DNA of 64,000 nucleotides from Octopus vulgaris. Its lineage: Eukaryota. Below the pieces are notes generated by a model, which saw nothing but the letters and a program-made list of their open reading frames with translations, was not told where the DNA came from and made no database searches. Positions within the stretch are counted from its first letter, which is position 1; each line of letters starts with the position of its first letter. Position numbers and translations under genes: made by a program. The stretch covers positions 109,740,001 through 109,804,000 of the forward strand of contig OX597814.1 of NCBI GenBank assembly GCA_951406725.2, given 5' to 3'. This document shows positions 1 through 12,024 of the stretch, in pieces.

Positions 1-1110
1 TAACCTTAGGCTAGGCTACCTCAAGCCGTAATCCCATCTCTTCCCATCTCTTTCCATCTTTCAGCCATTTGGCGGTCTTTTTTCCTCCTCTTACCATTAC
101 GATTCTACAATTTAAATTCCCAATTCAACTAACTTACTTCTTCAATTTCAACTCCCGACCGATGTCCGCAGCAAGTTCTTTAAAAATTTATCTTAATATT
201 TCTATTCGTTGTTACTACGTTTATTCATACATTGTTACGAAAATTTAACCTTTTAAGGCTACTTTCAAGCCTTCGCCATAACTTGATTTATCTTTCTATC
301 TCTCTCTCTACAAAATTTAACCTTAGGCTAGGCTACCTCAAGCCGTAATCCCATCTCTTCCCTTCTCTTTCCATCTTTCAGCCATTTGGCGGTGCGCCCC
401 CCCCCCACCCCCACCACCAATACCGATGAACACTGTTCTCACCCCCACCACCAATACCGGTGAACACTGTTCTCACCGCCAACACCACCAATACTGGTGA
501 ACACTGTTCCTCACCCCCCACCACCAATACCAGTATACCCTGTCCTCACCATCTACACCGGATACGCCTTACTCATCTACACCGGGTACGCCCTACTCCC
601 TCCTCCTCCCCCCACTACCCCTTCTCCTCATATGCTTTCACTGTGAAAAGACAAGCTGCTAGCGCCATAGCTCATCAACTGCCCACCGATCTTACGCTTC
701 CTCCTGACACTGCTTCATTCCGACTATCCCCCTTTAGCACCCTCCCGCCTCGTAATATCCTACGTTTTTATTTCTTAGGAACCTACACCAACCCTTCCTG
801 CCATCGTTCCTCCTTACCCCAACCTTCCCCACTGGTTGCTCCCCTATATTACCCACCTCAACTGGACCCCCCTCCCCAACTCAACTCTAGAATATCTGTA
901 TTCTTTCCTCTACCTAATAACGTTACTCAGTGACGATAACGAATGTCTTTATTTCTTAGGAACCTACACCAACCCTTCCTTACTCAGTGACGATAAATGC
1001 TGTGACTACAAAGACCCGGGCTGCTTTCTGCAGCAATTCCACATACCCCCTACTCATTCTAAGTACCCCGGATCCCCAAAGTACCCTGGATCCCCAAAGT
1101 ACCCCGGACC
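1..1110. repeat. Locally duplicated C/T-rich region
   Basis: 1-75 is repeated at ~318-393. caccaatac.g.tgaacactgttctcacc occurs three times (415-530). tatttcttaggaacctacaccaacccttcct occurs twice (~770 and ~950). An 18-bp unit aagtaccccggatcccca occurs three times (1061-1108). Confidence 0.8.
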
Positions 1111-1114
1111 TCGT

Positions 1115-1380
1115 TGCCCCCGTGCCGCTGACACGTTAAAATGCTCGAACCGATCGTGACGATGCCGGACCCTCCGGCCCCTGTGCAGGTGGCACGTAAA
1201 AGCACCCAATCCACTCACGGAGTGGTTGGCGTTAGGAAGGGCATCCAGCCGTAGAAACTCTGCCAGATTCAGACTGGAGCCTGGTGCGGCCCCTGGCTTC
1301 CCAGACCCGGTCAAACCGTCCAACCCGTGCTAGCGCGGAAAGCGGACGTTAAACGATGATGATGATGATGATGATGATGA
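1115..1380 (+). mobile_element. Short retroposon copy sharing the RTE LINE 3' end and (GAT)n tail. Other copies at ~7840-8170, 38590-38790, 39725-39905, 48575-49030 and 51000-51290 (all minus)
   Basis: gcacgtaaaagcaccc..ggagtggttggcgttaggaagggcatccagccgtagaaac..ccaacccgtgctagc..(gat)n matches 25570-25770. Confidence 0.85.
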
Positions 1381-1859
1381 TATATATATATATATATTCC
1401 CCGTCATTTAGTGGTTTGGCAAAAGAGACCGCTAGAATAAGTACTAGGCTTACAAAGAATATGTCCTGGGGTCGATTTGCTTGACTTAAGGCAGTGCTCC
1501 AGCATGGCCGTAGTCAAATGACTGCAACAAGTAAAAGAGTAAAGAGTATATATCTTAATCATCATCATCATTTAACACCCATCTACATCTATATCTATAT
1601 ATATCTATCTACACACACACACACAACCATATGTATGTATTTATATTAACTTGAGGCCTACAAAGTAGCGTTGAATGAAATCTGTGTGTAGAACCACATT
1701 TACTATTTCCACTGCAAAAAGCCTTCCCATCAATGAACAAGCATGTGACTTTTACGGGGGAAAGGATGACAGTAACTTTGAAGTTTGAACTAACTTCCCT
1801 TCATCATGATGTCATTGAAAACCATCCTAACAAATGCCAAAGTAATGCCAACCACAACA

Positions 1860-2278
1860 ACTAAACCCACAGTAAACAAATGCAATAGACCCAACTGTGG
1901 TATATGCATCACCTAATAGAAGGTCCGGAATTCCTTTTTAAACAAGGACAACGTTTCACAGTAAAACACAACTTCACATGCGCATCAGAAAACCTAGTAT
2001 ATGTCTTAACTTGCTCGGGCTGTAATGAACACTACATAGGCCAAACTAAAAATAGCCTCCGCCAACGCATGACTGTCCACAGATCCCAAATAAAAATACA
2101 GGAATACAGAAAAATAGCACTTAGTGCACATATTGATACCTGTGCCGCACAACTTCATCCCAATTTTAGAATATTTCCCCTCTACAAATTTAAAGACAAT
2201 GCCACTCATACCCAGCGAATAACCATGGAATCCCACCTTATTAATAAATACAGACCACTTCTAAACACATCCCCCTAA
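1860..2278 (+). pseudogene. Penelope-like element GIY-YIG endonuclease remnant
   Basis: ORF 1904-2278 contains FTCASENLVYVLTCSGCNEHYIGQTKNSLRQRMTVHRS...E...LN. The upstream KCNRPNCGIC motif is in a different frame (frameshift near 1906). The RT domain is absent. Confidence 0.9.
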
Positions 2279-3230
2279 CACGAACCCACAACAAACACAC
2301 TTACACCTGCACACACCCTACACACACTTTTACCCAGATATTAACACCATGACACACGCAAATATATGGTTCCACACATACACATAATTTGATACGGGTG
2401 CAAAACATCCAACACTATTTTTTGGAAATGACTGTAAATATTGACTTCACACAAACACGTTGCTTCCCGATACAGGCACAGGGCCAGCAGAACTATAAAT
2501 ATTGAAAATTGTACCCACACACGCACATATATACACGCGCACGCGCCCCAACATACATATAAACACACACACACACACACACGCTTGCACGCGCACACAC
2601 ATACATACATATAGCTCTTCCTGTCCTAAACGAACTTACTTATCCAGCTCAAATTCAGTCAAGCGGAAAATACACTCCTTAACTACGCACTAAAAAGCTA
2701 TTTAAAATATCCACATGACGTCTACTGACCAGCCTGAACAATAAGAATTTTCAACAACGCTATTTTCGAAAACTCCATACACCACCCACACCAACATTCA
2801 TTCTAAACATTCACGTGACCTCTCTATTATGACCACATCCACGTGACCTCTTTATTATGACCAATAAGAAATTTTAGGCGTGACACTAGCCAAATTTTAA
2901 CATCTCTGGAGCCTATTTTCTTACCCCAACACCAACTTCCATTCAAACATTCACCTGACTCCTTTATAATGACCAATCAAAATTGTATTGACCATTGTCC
3001 ACAAGAAATTTTAGGCGCGAAACCAAGCAAATCTTAAACAACTCTGGAGTTTCTTTTTTCATATATAAGAGACAGCAAACCCAACATAAAGTCAGATAAG
3101 AGAAAAAAATCTATCAGAAAGGAAATCTATCTCTCTTAAAAAAATATCTTTTGATAAGCATAACAAATGCGCAACCGGTAAAAAGAACTTTCACCTAATT
3201 AAATACACTCTCCCTTACTTAAATTATTTT
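2279..3230 (+). mobile_element. Probable 3' non-coding part of the Penelope element, with internal direct repeats
   Basis: It follows the endonuclease ORF directly. Motifs such as caccaac..cattc.aaacattcac and aagaaattttaggcg recur between ~2790 and 3050. Confidence 0.4.
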
Positions 3231-3292
3231 GTCAGCATTTTCTTCATTTCCTTTTTTTATATATCACAACTCGTGTTCCACATCTCCTTTTT

Positions 3293-3336
<44 letters not shown>

Positions 3337-4315
3337 TACATACACACACATACACACATACACACATACATACATACACACACACATACATACATACATA
3401 CATACATACATACATACATACATACATACATACATACATACATACATACATACATACATACATACATACATAGACTTCTCAAAACCAGAAAGGAGAAAAC
3501 TAATTCGAAGACTACACATCCAATCCAATACCTGTGGAAATCCATTGCTGTACACAAAATTCATACAAAAAAAAAAAATACAAGAAAATAGAATGATCCG
3601 GTTTTTATCTAAGTCACTACAACTGTTTCTATGTATTAGCACCAGCTGTCAGCTGCTGAGGATTTCACATATTTTACATGTTATTATATAAATATTATGT
3701 AAATATGACCCAGCAAAAGCTGTGTACTCACACATCTTCAGGTGAATGGTTTTGAGAGCCATATGTATTATACATACTTACATACATTTATACTCATGTA
3801 TAGGTGTATGTAAATTTCATATACAGGTATACACACACATATACGTATGTATATGTGAATGTGTATTTGTGTGTGTGTGGGGGGGGGGTGCATACAACTG
3901 TGTGAGTGTGTGAGTATGAAACAGCCCAAGTGGGTGAACAAAAGCTGGCTGTCTCATCAGATTGTAAACAACTGGAAAACGTCAATGTTTATTCAGAAAA
4001 CAGAAACAGACAACTGGCTCCCCCTCTCTCTTTCTCCCTCTCTTTCACTCTCTCTTTCTCTCTCCCTCTCTCTCTTTCTCTTTCTCTTTCTATTTCACAC
4101 TGACACATGCTCACGAAACTACATTACACTCACACACACACAACACATACATGCACAGAGCACACATGCATACACATCATACATACATACACACACACAA
4201 AACAACACATACACACAAACACACACACATACACACAAAACTACATTACACACATACACACATACACAAAACACCATACATACAACATACACATATACAT
4301 ACACAAAACAACTTT

Positions 4316-4356
<41 letters not shown>

Positions 4357-4389
4357 CACACACACACAACCGTGCACCTTCACTGAAGG

Positions 4390-4442
4390 TGACGTCAGTT
4401 TATATAGGGTATTTACGTCATATATGCCGTTCTCCTACGTCA
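4390..4442. promoter_or_regulatory. CRE/ATF site cluster
   Basis: TGACGTCA (4390), TTACGTCA (4413) and CTACGTCA (4435), spaced 22-23 bp apart. Confidence 0.4.
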
Positions 4443-5319
4443 AAATCAACATCTGGTCAAGCTAACCTCTCATCAAAGACATTCCAGCTGTGACCATCCT
4501 GCCCTTTTATTCAGTGTTTCCAAGAGTACAACATCACGTGTGTAACACCTGTTTTAAGACAGGTGCGACATGAGAGAGAGCTGGCTGATATTTTGGGCAC
4601 TGTGATCAACCATGCAGCCCTCCTTGACTAGACTCCATGTTATGAAATGAAAAGGAGCAGCAGGAGCGGCGGCAGTAACAGCTGTAGAGGCAGCAGCAGC
4701 AGTTGTAGTAGCAGCAGTAACTATTGTAGTAGCAGCAGTAGCAACAGTTGTAGTAGCAGCAGTAACAGTTGTAGCAGCAGCAGCAGCAGTTGCAGTTGTA
4801 GCAACAGCAGCAGTAGCAGCAAGCTGGATGAATTGGTAGCATTTTTTTCTGGTTTAACATTCTGAGTTCATCATCACCACCACCACCACCACCACTGCCA
4901 TCATCATCATCAGCTAACAGAACCGTGGTAACAGCATTGTTGTCTGTAACCATGTCTGGCTGGTGTTCAAACTACCCGTCAGTTGTCTTGATTTTATAAC
5001 TCCTGCTCAGGGTATTTGGCTCACCATTTTAAGACCAGGAGTTTGATTCCTGGTCAGACATTGTGTCCTTGAGCAAGACACTTTATTTCACACTGCTCCA
5101 GTCCACTCAGTCAGAAAAAGTGGGTTTTTGAAATTGAAAGGGCCAGCCTTGTCACATTCTGTGTTGTGCTGAATCTCCCTGAGAACTACACTAAGGGTAT
5201 ACATGTCTGTGGAGTACTCAGCCACCTGCATATTAATTTCACAAGCAGGCCTTTCCATTGATTGGATCAACTGGAATGATCCAATCTGATGAAATGCCAG
5301 ATTTTAAAATTTATTTTAG

Positions 5320-5565
5320 TCCTTCACATTTGCCAATACAGGTATACCACTGCCTGGTTATACTTGTGGATGTATTCAGTCTTTGCTCCTTCAAGGCCTT
5401 CAGAAACAATGTGATTGATGGTTTCTTCATACATTCCACTGATCCTGCATTGTAGGTCTTTTCCATCTACGATGATTTGACAGTGATAGGATCTGATTGT
5501 GAGACTATGATGTCTGTGATTTTGTGCTGCAATTATCAAGCCTTCCATTTCTGCTGTCAATCTAG
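5320..5565 (-). pseudogene. R4/Dong-like non-LTR retrotransposon fragment
   Basis: EGLIIAAQ...QCRI..EETINHIVS...EYIHKYNQ..YLYW, a degenerate CCHC region lying downstream of the RT in such elements. Confidence 0.7.
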
Positions 5566-5679
5566 GAACAGAAACAAGTGTCTTTTTTTTGGATCACTTC
5601 TGAATCCTACATTTGTTTAGGGTATAGGGTTTAGGGTCCTGCTACTGCTGCTGCTTCTTGCTCATTGAAGTTGGGGTCA

Positions 5680-6900
5680 TTCCAACTTAGTGATCTCAGA
5701 GGCATCATCATGAACAGAACTGATCAGGAGCACCAGTGCTCTTCATTGCTGGCAGTCCTGTGCCAGCCCTTCTGCATCCTCCAAGGTAATGTTGAGCTTC
5801 TGGAGATCTTCCCCAGTCATATCCAACCATCTGGTGTGGGGCTTTCTACAAGGCCTCTTCTAGCCTGCAGCTGCAGTGTTGAATGTGAGTGAAGCCCTGG
5901 TAAGATGGTTTAGCAAAGGACAGAGAATATATTTGTACCAATACATGAGACAGATAGCTATGAGGTGGGAGGCTGAAGGTTGATGTGTGCATGCATGCAG
6001 TTCTTTGATTGAAACATGATAGTACCATCTGATGTTCTTAATGGTTCTCAGGGTTCTGCTATCAAAGCTGTCAATCCTCTTTACCAGGGTCTTTGAGAGG
6101 AACCATGTTTCTGCTCCATGAAGGAGAATGGAGAAGGCTGATGTATTGTAGATGTGAAGCTTCATCTTCCAGAGCAGTGCCACCAAAGGGGATTCTATAG
6201 GGAGTACATAACCCTAGTGGTCAGACTGCATGTGTGGTTGATTTCTGGGGTCAGGTCTCCATTGTTGGTGACTGTGGAGCCCAGATAGTTGAAGGAGCTG
6301 AAAAACTCCATGTCATCGGGGTCAATATGAAGTGCACACGGCCTGGGCCATCTCAGACATGCATCAGCTTCATCTCCACCTAACTCACCCGGAGGCTAAG
6401 CTTTGCTGATTCTTCTCTGTAAATGGTCAGCATGTCCCTGAGCTGGTTGATTGAGTTGCTGAATAGGGTGGTATCATCTGTTGGTAAGGAGTTAGTTCCT
6501 GAAGGTAATACCAGGGGCTTGCTCACAGACCTTGGTCATCGGATAATCGATGACACAGCAGAAGAGGTCAGAGGTGGCCATGCAACCCAGTTTGACCTCA
6601 CTGTTGATAGGAAACCAGTCAGAGTCCTTCCCATTCACCTGCATGTAGCTCTCAGCACTGCTATAGAGCCACTGGAAGAAAGCAATAATCTTGGGAGGGA
6701 TGCTGATGAGCTTGAAAATTTTCCAGAGGTATGCATGGTCATCCATGTCAAAAACCACCTTGAGGTTGACAAAGGCAGTGTAGAGGTGGCCATCTTTGCA
6801 GAACTCCCAAGATCTTTCAATGATGACATTAAGAGCAAAAACATGGTTGATGGTAGATCAATTCAGCATAAATCTGGCTTGTTGTGGATGGCATCTGCTT
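5680..6900 (-). pseudogene. Decayed RTE-like LINE reverse transcriptase
   Basis: Fragments FDMDDHAYLWK, FPINSEVKLGC..LF, DDTTLF and IYN..SILLHGAETW are spread over several frames with stops. Confidence 0.8.
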
Positions 6901-8786
6901 CTGATGGTATCCACAAATTGTCTGCTGTCTACGAATAGTAACATGTCTTTGTAACTGGCAGAAACGTTAGCACACCGGGCGAAATGTTTAGCAGTATTTT
7001 GTCTGTCAATATGTCCTGAGTTTAAATTCCGCCGAGGTCAACTTTGCCTTTCATCCTTTCGGGGTCCATAAATTAAGTACCAGTTACACACTGGGGTTGA
7101 TGTAATCAACTTAATCCCTTTGTCTGTCTCCTTTATGTTTAGTCCCTTGTGGGTAGTAAAGAAATAAGTAACTTGTCTTTGTAGTGTAACCCGCATGATG
7201 TCCCTGTGGCAAATAAAAGAAACTCTTCTTCTTCTTCTTCTTCTCCCTTTTGCTGTTCCATCTACTACCTGCAGTCTTATTTCCTCTTTCTTTTATTACT
7301 ACTACTACTGCTTCTGCTACCACTACCACCATCACCACCACCACCACTACTGGTGTTGAATCTGCTGCTGCTACTACTACTAAACAAAAGTTGTTTGTTT
7401 TTTTTTCCTCCTGCAAACAAATAACAAACCACCATAAATTCCAACTCCATTGGTGTGTGCCTGTGTGACTTTGTGTAATTGTGTGAGACTGTTTGTGCAA
7501 CTGACAGAGATTTCCAATATAAAGCCAACTGATTCCATGGCCAAGACTGAAAACTTAACGATGTCTAACTTTGTTCAGATTTATGACTGATTAGTTGAAC
7601 GGATGAGCAAATATACTCTGTTAAAATCTCATATATAACTACCTGCATAATAATCTTTCCGCCAATAAGCTTGTACATTTCTCTATAAATAAAGACACTA
7701 ATCACATATCAAGTTTTCAGTGTAAATTTTATTGAAATTAAGCCATCATTTCGGTGTGGGTATATCAGCACAATTGTCTAAACGGTTCACAGTTATTTTC
7801 CCCCTTCAACTACATCAGGGGTGGGGAAACTTTTTAGTGCATCATCATCATCATCATTGTTTAACATTCGCTTTCCATGGGTTGGACGATTTTGACTGAG
7901 GGCTGGCAAACCAGATGGCTCCACCAGGCTCCAATCTTGATCTGGCAGAGTTTCTACAGCTGGATGCCCTTCCTAAAGCCAACCACTCCAAGAGTGTAGT
8001 GGGTGCTTTATACGTGCCACTGGCATGGAAGCCAGTCAGGCAGTACTGGCAATGATCTCGCTCAAATCTTTTTACACATGCCACCGGCACAGGTGCCAGT
8101 AAGGCGACGCCAGTAACGATCACGCTCGAATGGTGCCCTTTTATGTGCCATTGGCATGGAAGCCGGTTAACCGCTCAGGGGGCAAAAATTTCCAAAGAAA
8201 AAGGTCCTTGGGCGGATCACAAGTTCTAACTCTTATATCTGTGTGGTAAGTAGCTTGCTTCCCAAACACATAGTTCTGGGTTCAGTCCCACTGCATGGCA
8301 CCTTGGGCAAGTGTCTTCTACTGTAGCCTTGGGCTAACCAAAGCCTTGTGAGTAAATTTGTTTATTTGCTTAGTTCATTCGTTCATTTTGATTACTTATA
8401 CATATGATTGTAACCAATTAATAAATATATATAAATGAATGTCTACAGGCTGATGTTTGTCGATTGATTATCCTCTCCATTTTCTTTTTTGCCTTTTAAA
8501 TTCTGGGTAAATTTCTGATTTTACCCCCACCCATACCTAGTATTCAATTTCTATATTGCCCTGCAAGAGTAAGCACTTGGATATGGATACGTAGGTATAC
8601 ATCCAATAGTATATTGGATATTTATTATCCCTTAGATGGTTGCATAACCTCAAACTCATACAGACATGTGTGTGTGTTTGTCCCCCCACGATTGCTTGAC
8701 AACCAATGCTGGTGTGTTTATGTCCCCCTATAACTTAGTAATATATATCCTAGTAATATATAAAATATGTAATATGTAAAATAGTA

Positions 8787-9019
8787 AGGCGGCGAGCTGG
8801 CAGAAACGTTAGCACGCCGGGCAAAATGCTTACCGGTATTTCGTTTGCCGTTATGTTCTGAGTTCAAATTCCATCAAGGTCGACTTTGCCTTTCATCCTT
8901 TCGGGGTCGATAGATTAAGTGCCAGTTACACACTGGGGTCGATATAATCGACTCAATCCGTTTGTCTGTCCTCGTTTGTCCTCTCTGTGTTTAGCCCCTT
9001 GTGGGTAGTAAAGAAATAG
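8787..9019 (+). mobile_element. tRNA-derived SINE with a Nin/Deu-like core (representative copy). Others at ~6955-7170, 11180-11350, 14426-14650, 33170-33398, 37800-38590 (cluster), 54930-55160, 55880-56120 and 59510-59715
   Basis: Recurrent sequence ggcgagctggcagaaacgttagc..gagttcaaattcc..gtcgactttgcctttcatcctttcggggtcgat..taagtaccag, with a B-box-like GTTCAAAT. Confidence 0.85.
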
Positions 9020-10469
9020 TAATATGTGTTTTATAGTGAAAGCAATATTTCCATTCAAATGGCAATTACCGGGTGATTTTCTGTTTGAGTTTTTTAAGTC
9101 GTAGTAGAAATGCGACCTGTCAAAAATAGGCATAGGAATATTGTATAAATTTAATAATTGGAAAATTTATATACTTTGTAGGTACAAGTATACAAGCCTG
9201 CAAGTGCAATAAAATGGGCTCACGGGGCTTACCCACCCCTGAACTACATAGCTAAATTCCCGCAGCTGTTTGATAATTTAAACTATCTGGTTCTTGAATT
9301 ATAATGCATACTGGCTGAGTGCTCCTCAGCTATCATACTTTGAGCCTATTTCTACTAATGTCCACTACAGCTAGCGATCACATCTTGAGCCTGTTTCTAC
9401 AGGTGCAGGTGGGGCTGAGTGATAAGAAACTTGTCTCCCAACCACTTGGTTCCAGGTTCAATCCCACTGTGTGGTACCTTGGGCAAGTATCTACTATAGC
9501 CTCAGGCCAACCCAAGCCTTGTGAGTGGATTTGGTAAGATGGAAACTGAAAGAAGCCCGTCGTAACTAATGTCCACTATAGCCAGCTTTCACACCATGAG
9601 CCAATTGCTACCAATCTCCACTATAGACAACTAACACAGTTTAGGCTATTTCTTCCGGTGTACAGCTGTCACATCTTGAGGGCATTCTTTCTTCAGTTCA
9701 TCTGTCCCACCTTGAGATTAATTTTATCAATGTACCTAAAGTCAGTTATGACTCCTTCACACTGTTTCTAACCATGTCCTCAACAGGCAGGCATCTTGCT
9801 TTTCTTTTGACGTTTGTATCAGCCATTATGCTATAATTATAAACAACTTGTAAATTGACGGTAGAGATGTTCATTTAGAAAATGTCAGACACGAAAAGTA
9901 CTAAGAAAGAATGCAGGAAGATAAACAGTTGGAAATATGTTGTATTAAGTGTGAAACTATACTTAGCAAGACTGAAACACGTTTAGAGAGAATCTGGTTT
10001 CCATGTGAGTCAATGCTGTAGCAATGGTAAAGCCGCGAAAGTTCGCTGAGTATGATGATGGTGGCGGTGTTGATTCTGGTGGGGGAGGACCACGCAAAGG
10101 AAGAAGAATTTTTTAACATAGAGAGCCAGAAATGGAGCAGACAGCAGACAAGACAAACGCGTCTGTTTCCATGAAGTTTTGAGCGATTTCGTTTTGATTT
10201 GTATGAAAACAATTCTGATAAGGGAAACACGAGCAGTAAAATATATAAGTGATGACATTGCTTTAGATTGAGTGGGTTTTCAGACAATAGAACGAAGATA
10301 GATGTTGGCGGTTAAAATAACATCCGAACTGATTGTTTTTTTGTTTGTTGTTTTGTTTTAATATTGGTTACAGAACGTGTCAGAAAAAGAAATTAAAAAC
10401 CTGCTGAGAACAGCGATAAATGTAGACAAATAGGAAAGCGAGTAACAAGACGTTGTTTAACCTTGTAAT

Positions 10470-10530
10470 ACGAAATATTTCCGCCATGTTGATGTGGCTT
10501 CTGTCTGTTAAGGGCGTAGTCTTACTGTAA
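10470..10530 (-). promoter_or_regulatory. Possible promoter or first exon of a minus-strand gene (YY1-type AACATGGCGG)
   Basis: ccgccatgtt at ~10481-10490 with a nearby GC-box-like gggcgtagt, inside a non-repetitive CpG-retaining island (~9850-10600). Confidence 0.35.
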
Positions 10531-12024
10531 AGTCATCCTCGTACCGACTATTCATTGTCAATATTTGCTTAAATATAGAATTCTTAAAGAAAAGCTGTTT
10601 AGTTTTTTGATAAGAAAAGAAATAAAAGTTCTTTTATCATCGTAAGTTTATTTTTATTGAAGGAGGGATTGAAATCATACGTTTAAATTTTACTAATGAT
10701 GTAAAAATATACGGATGAATTTTTTTTCTTTCTTCTTATTTGTAATCTGTAGAGAAGTGGGTTTAGCTGAAATAATTAGAAAGAAGCTTTGATATAAAAA
10801 TAGGTATTTCTAGATCAACTATGAACCGTAGAACGATAATACAGAAGAAGAGAAAAAAAGAAATTGAAGCCGTAAATAAATTGGTACTTAAATGGATTAA
10901 AATTGATGTTTCCTTTCCCAGTAATTCAACTAACGAAAACATCTAAAGAAACTATATCTGGCTAATTAGAAAGAATGATTTCGTACTATTTTGTGGTGCC
11001 TTTGGAGGGTCATAATGCCAATACAACTACACACACTGCTTGTATTTCACTTTTTGAATTATTAGTCAGCAAGTCTAACCATTTAACTAATCGATTTTTT
11101 TTATTAATCGTTAGGTAAATCAATCAGCTAACTTCGCCAGAGTTTTTTCATCTCCATTCGTGACCTCATCAAAACATACCTATTTCTTTATTGCCCACAA
11201 GGGGCTAAATGTAGAGGAGACAAACAAGGACAGACAAAGGGATTAAGTCTATTACATTGACCCCAGTGTGTAACTGGTACTTAATTTATCGACCCCGAAA
11301 GGATGAAAGGCAAAGTCGACCTCGGTGGAATTTGAACTCAGACCGTAACGGCAGCATACCCTCTCTACTCCAGGTCCGTCTGTCTTCTAGATTACCGATT
11401 CTATATTCATGTGAGAATGAGTAAGGATGTGTGAAAGAGAGAGAGTGTGTGTGTGTGTGTGTGTGTGTGAGTGCGCACGTGAGTGTGTGCGCGCGCAACC
11501 CCCGCATGTTCTCACGCTCGTGTATGTGTCCAAAGTGGATTCTGTGAAAGGTAAGAGTAGTTTAACATTTATTTATTTATTTATTTATTCTATAGTTAGT
11601 ATGTCTTTGTGAATGGACAATGAGTCTCTCTCTCTCTCTATATATATATAGTCCAGTCAAGAGAATGCGTACTTTATCTGCCCACAAGTTTTTACTGTAC
11701 GGTTGCAGTACTGAAAGAGTGTGTTTGGAGAACCAGAATGGAAGGTTCGGTGAAAGGGTCCTTCATCTCTGGCCCCGGTTTTCTTTTCTTACTTCAGATA
11801 CTACCTGAAGAGCAAGATGGGGTTGGAGAGGAAGACCCTGCCACCGAGAGAATACGAGAAACGATGGAAGGATGTGATGAGAAAGGTGGGTGTTAGTAAC
11901 CCAGCTTAATCATTGACGAAAGGAAAAGATTGTTGCTGGGCCTTATAGGCTGCCGGGTTCGATCTTTTTAACTTTTATTCGTTTTCTTTCTTTGTTTTCG
12001 TTTTATTTATAAAAAAAAAAAAAG

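Noticed and set aside
460-1159. Pro/Thr-rich ORFs
   Set aside because: They arise from locally duplicated low-complexity sequence and contain no domain.
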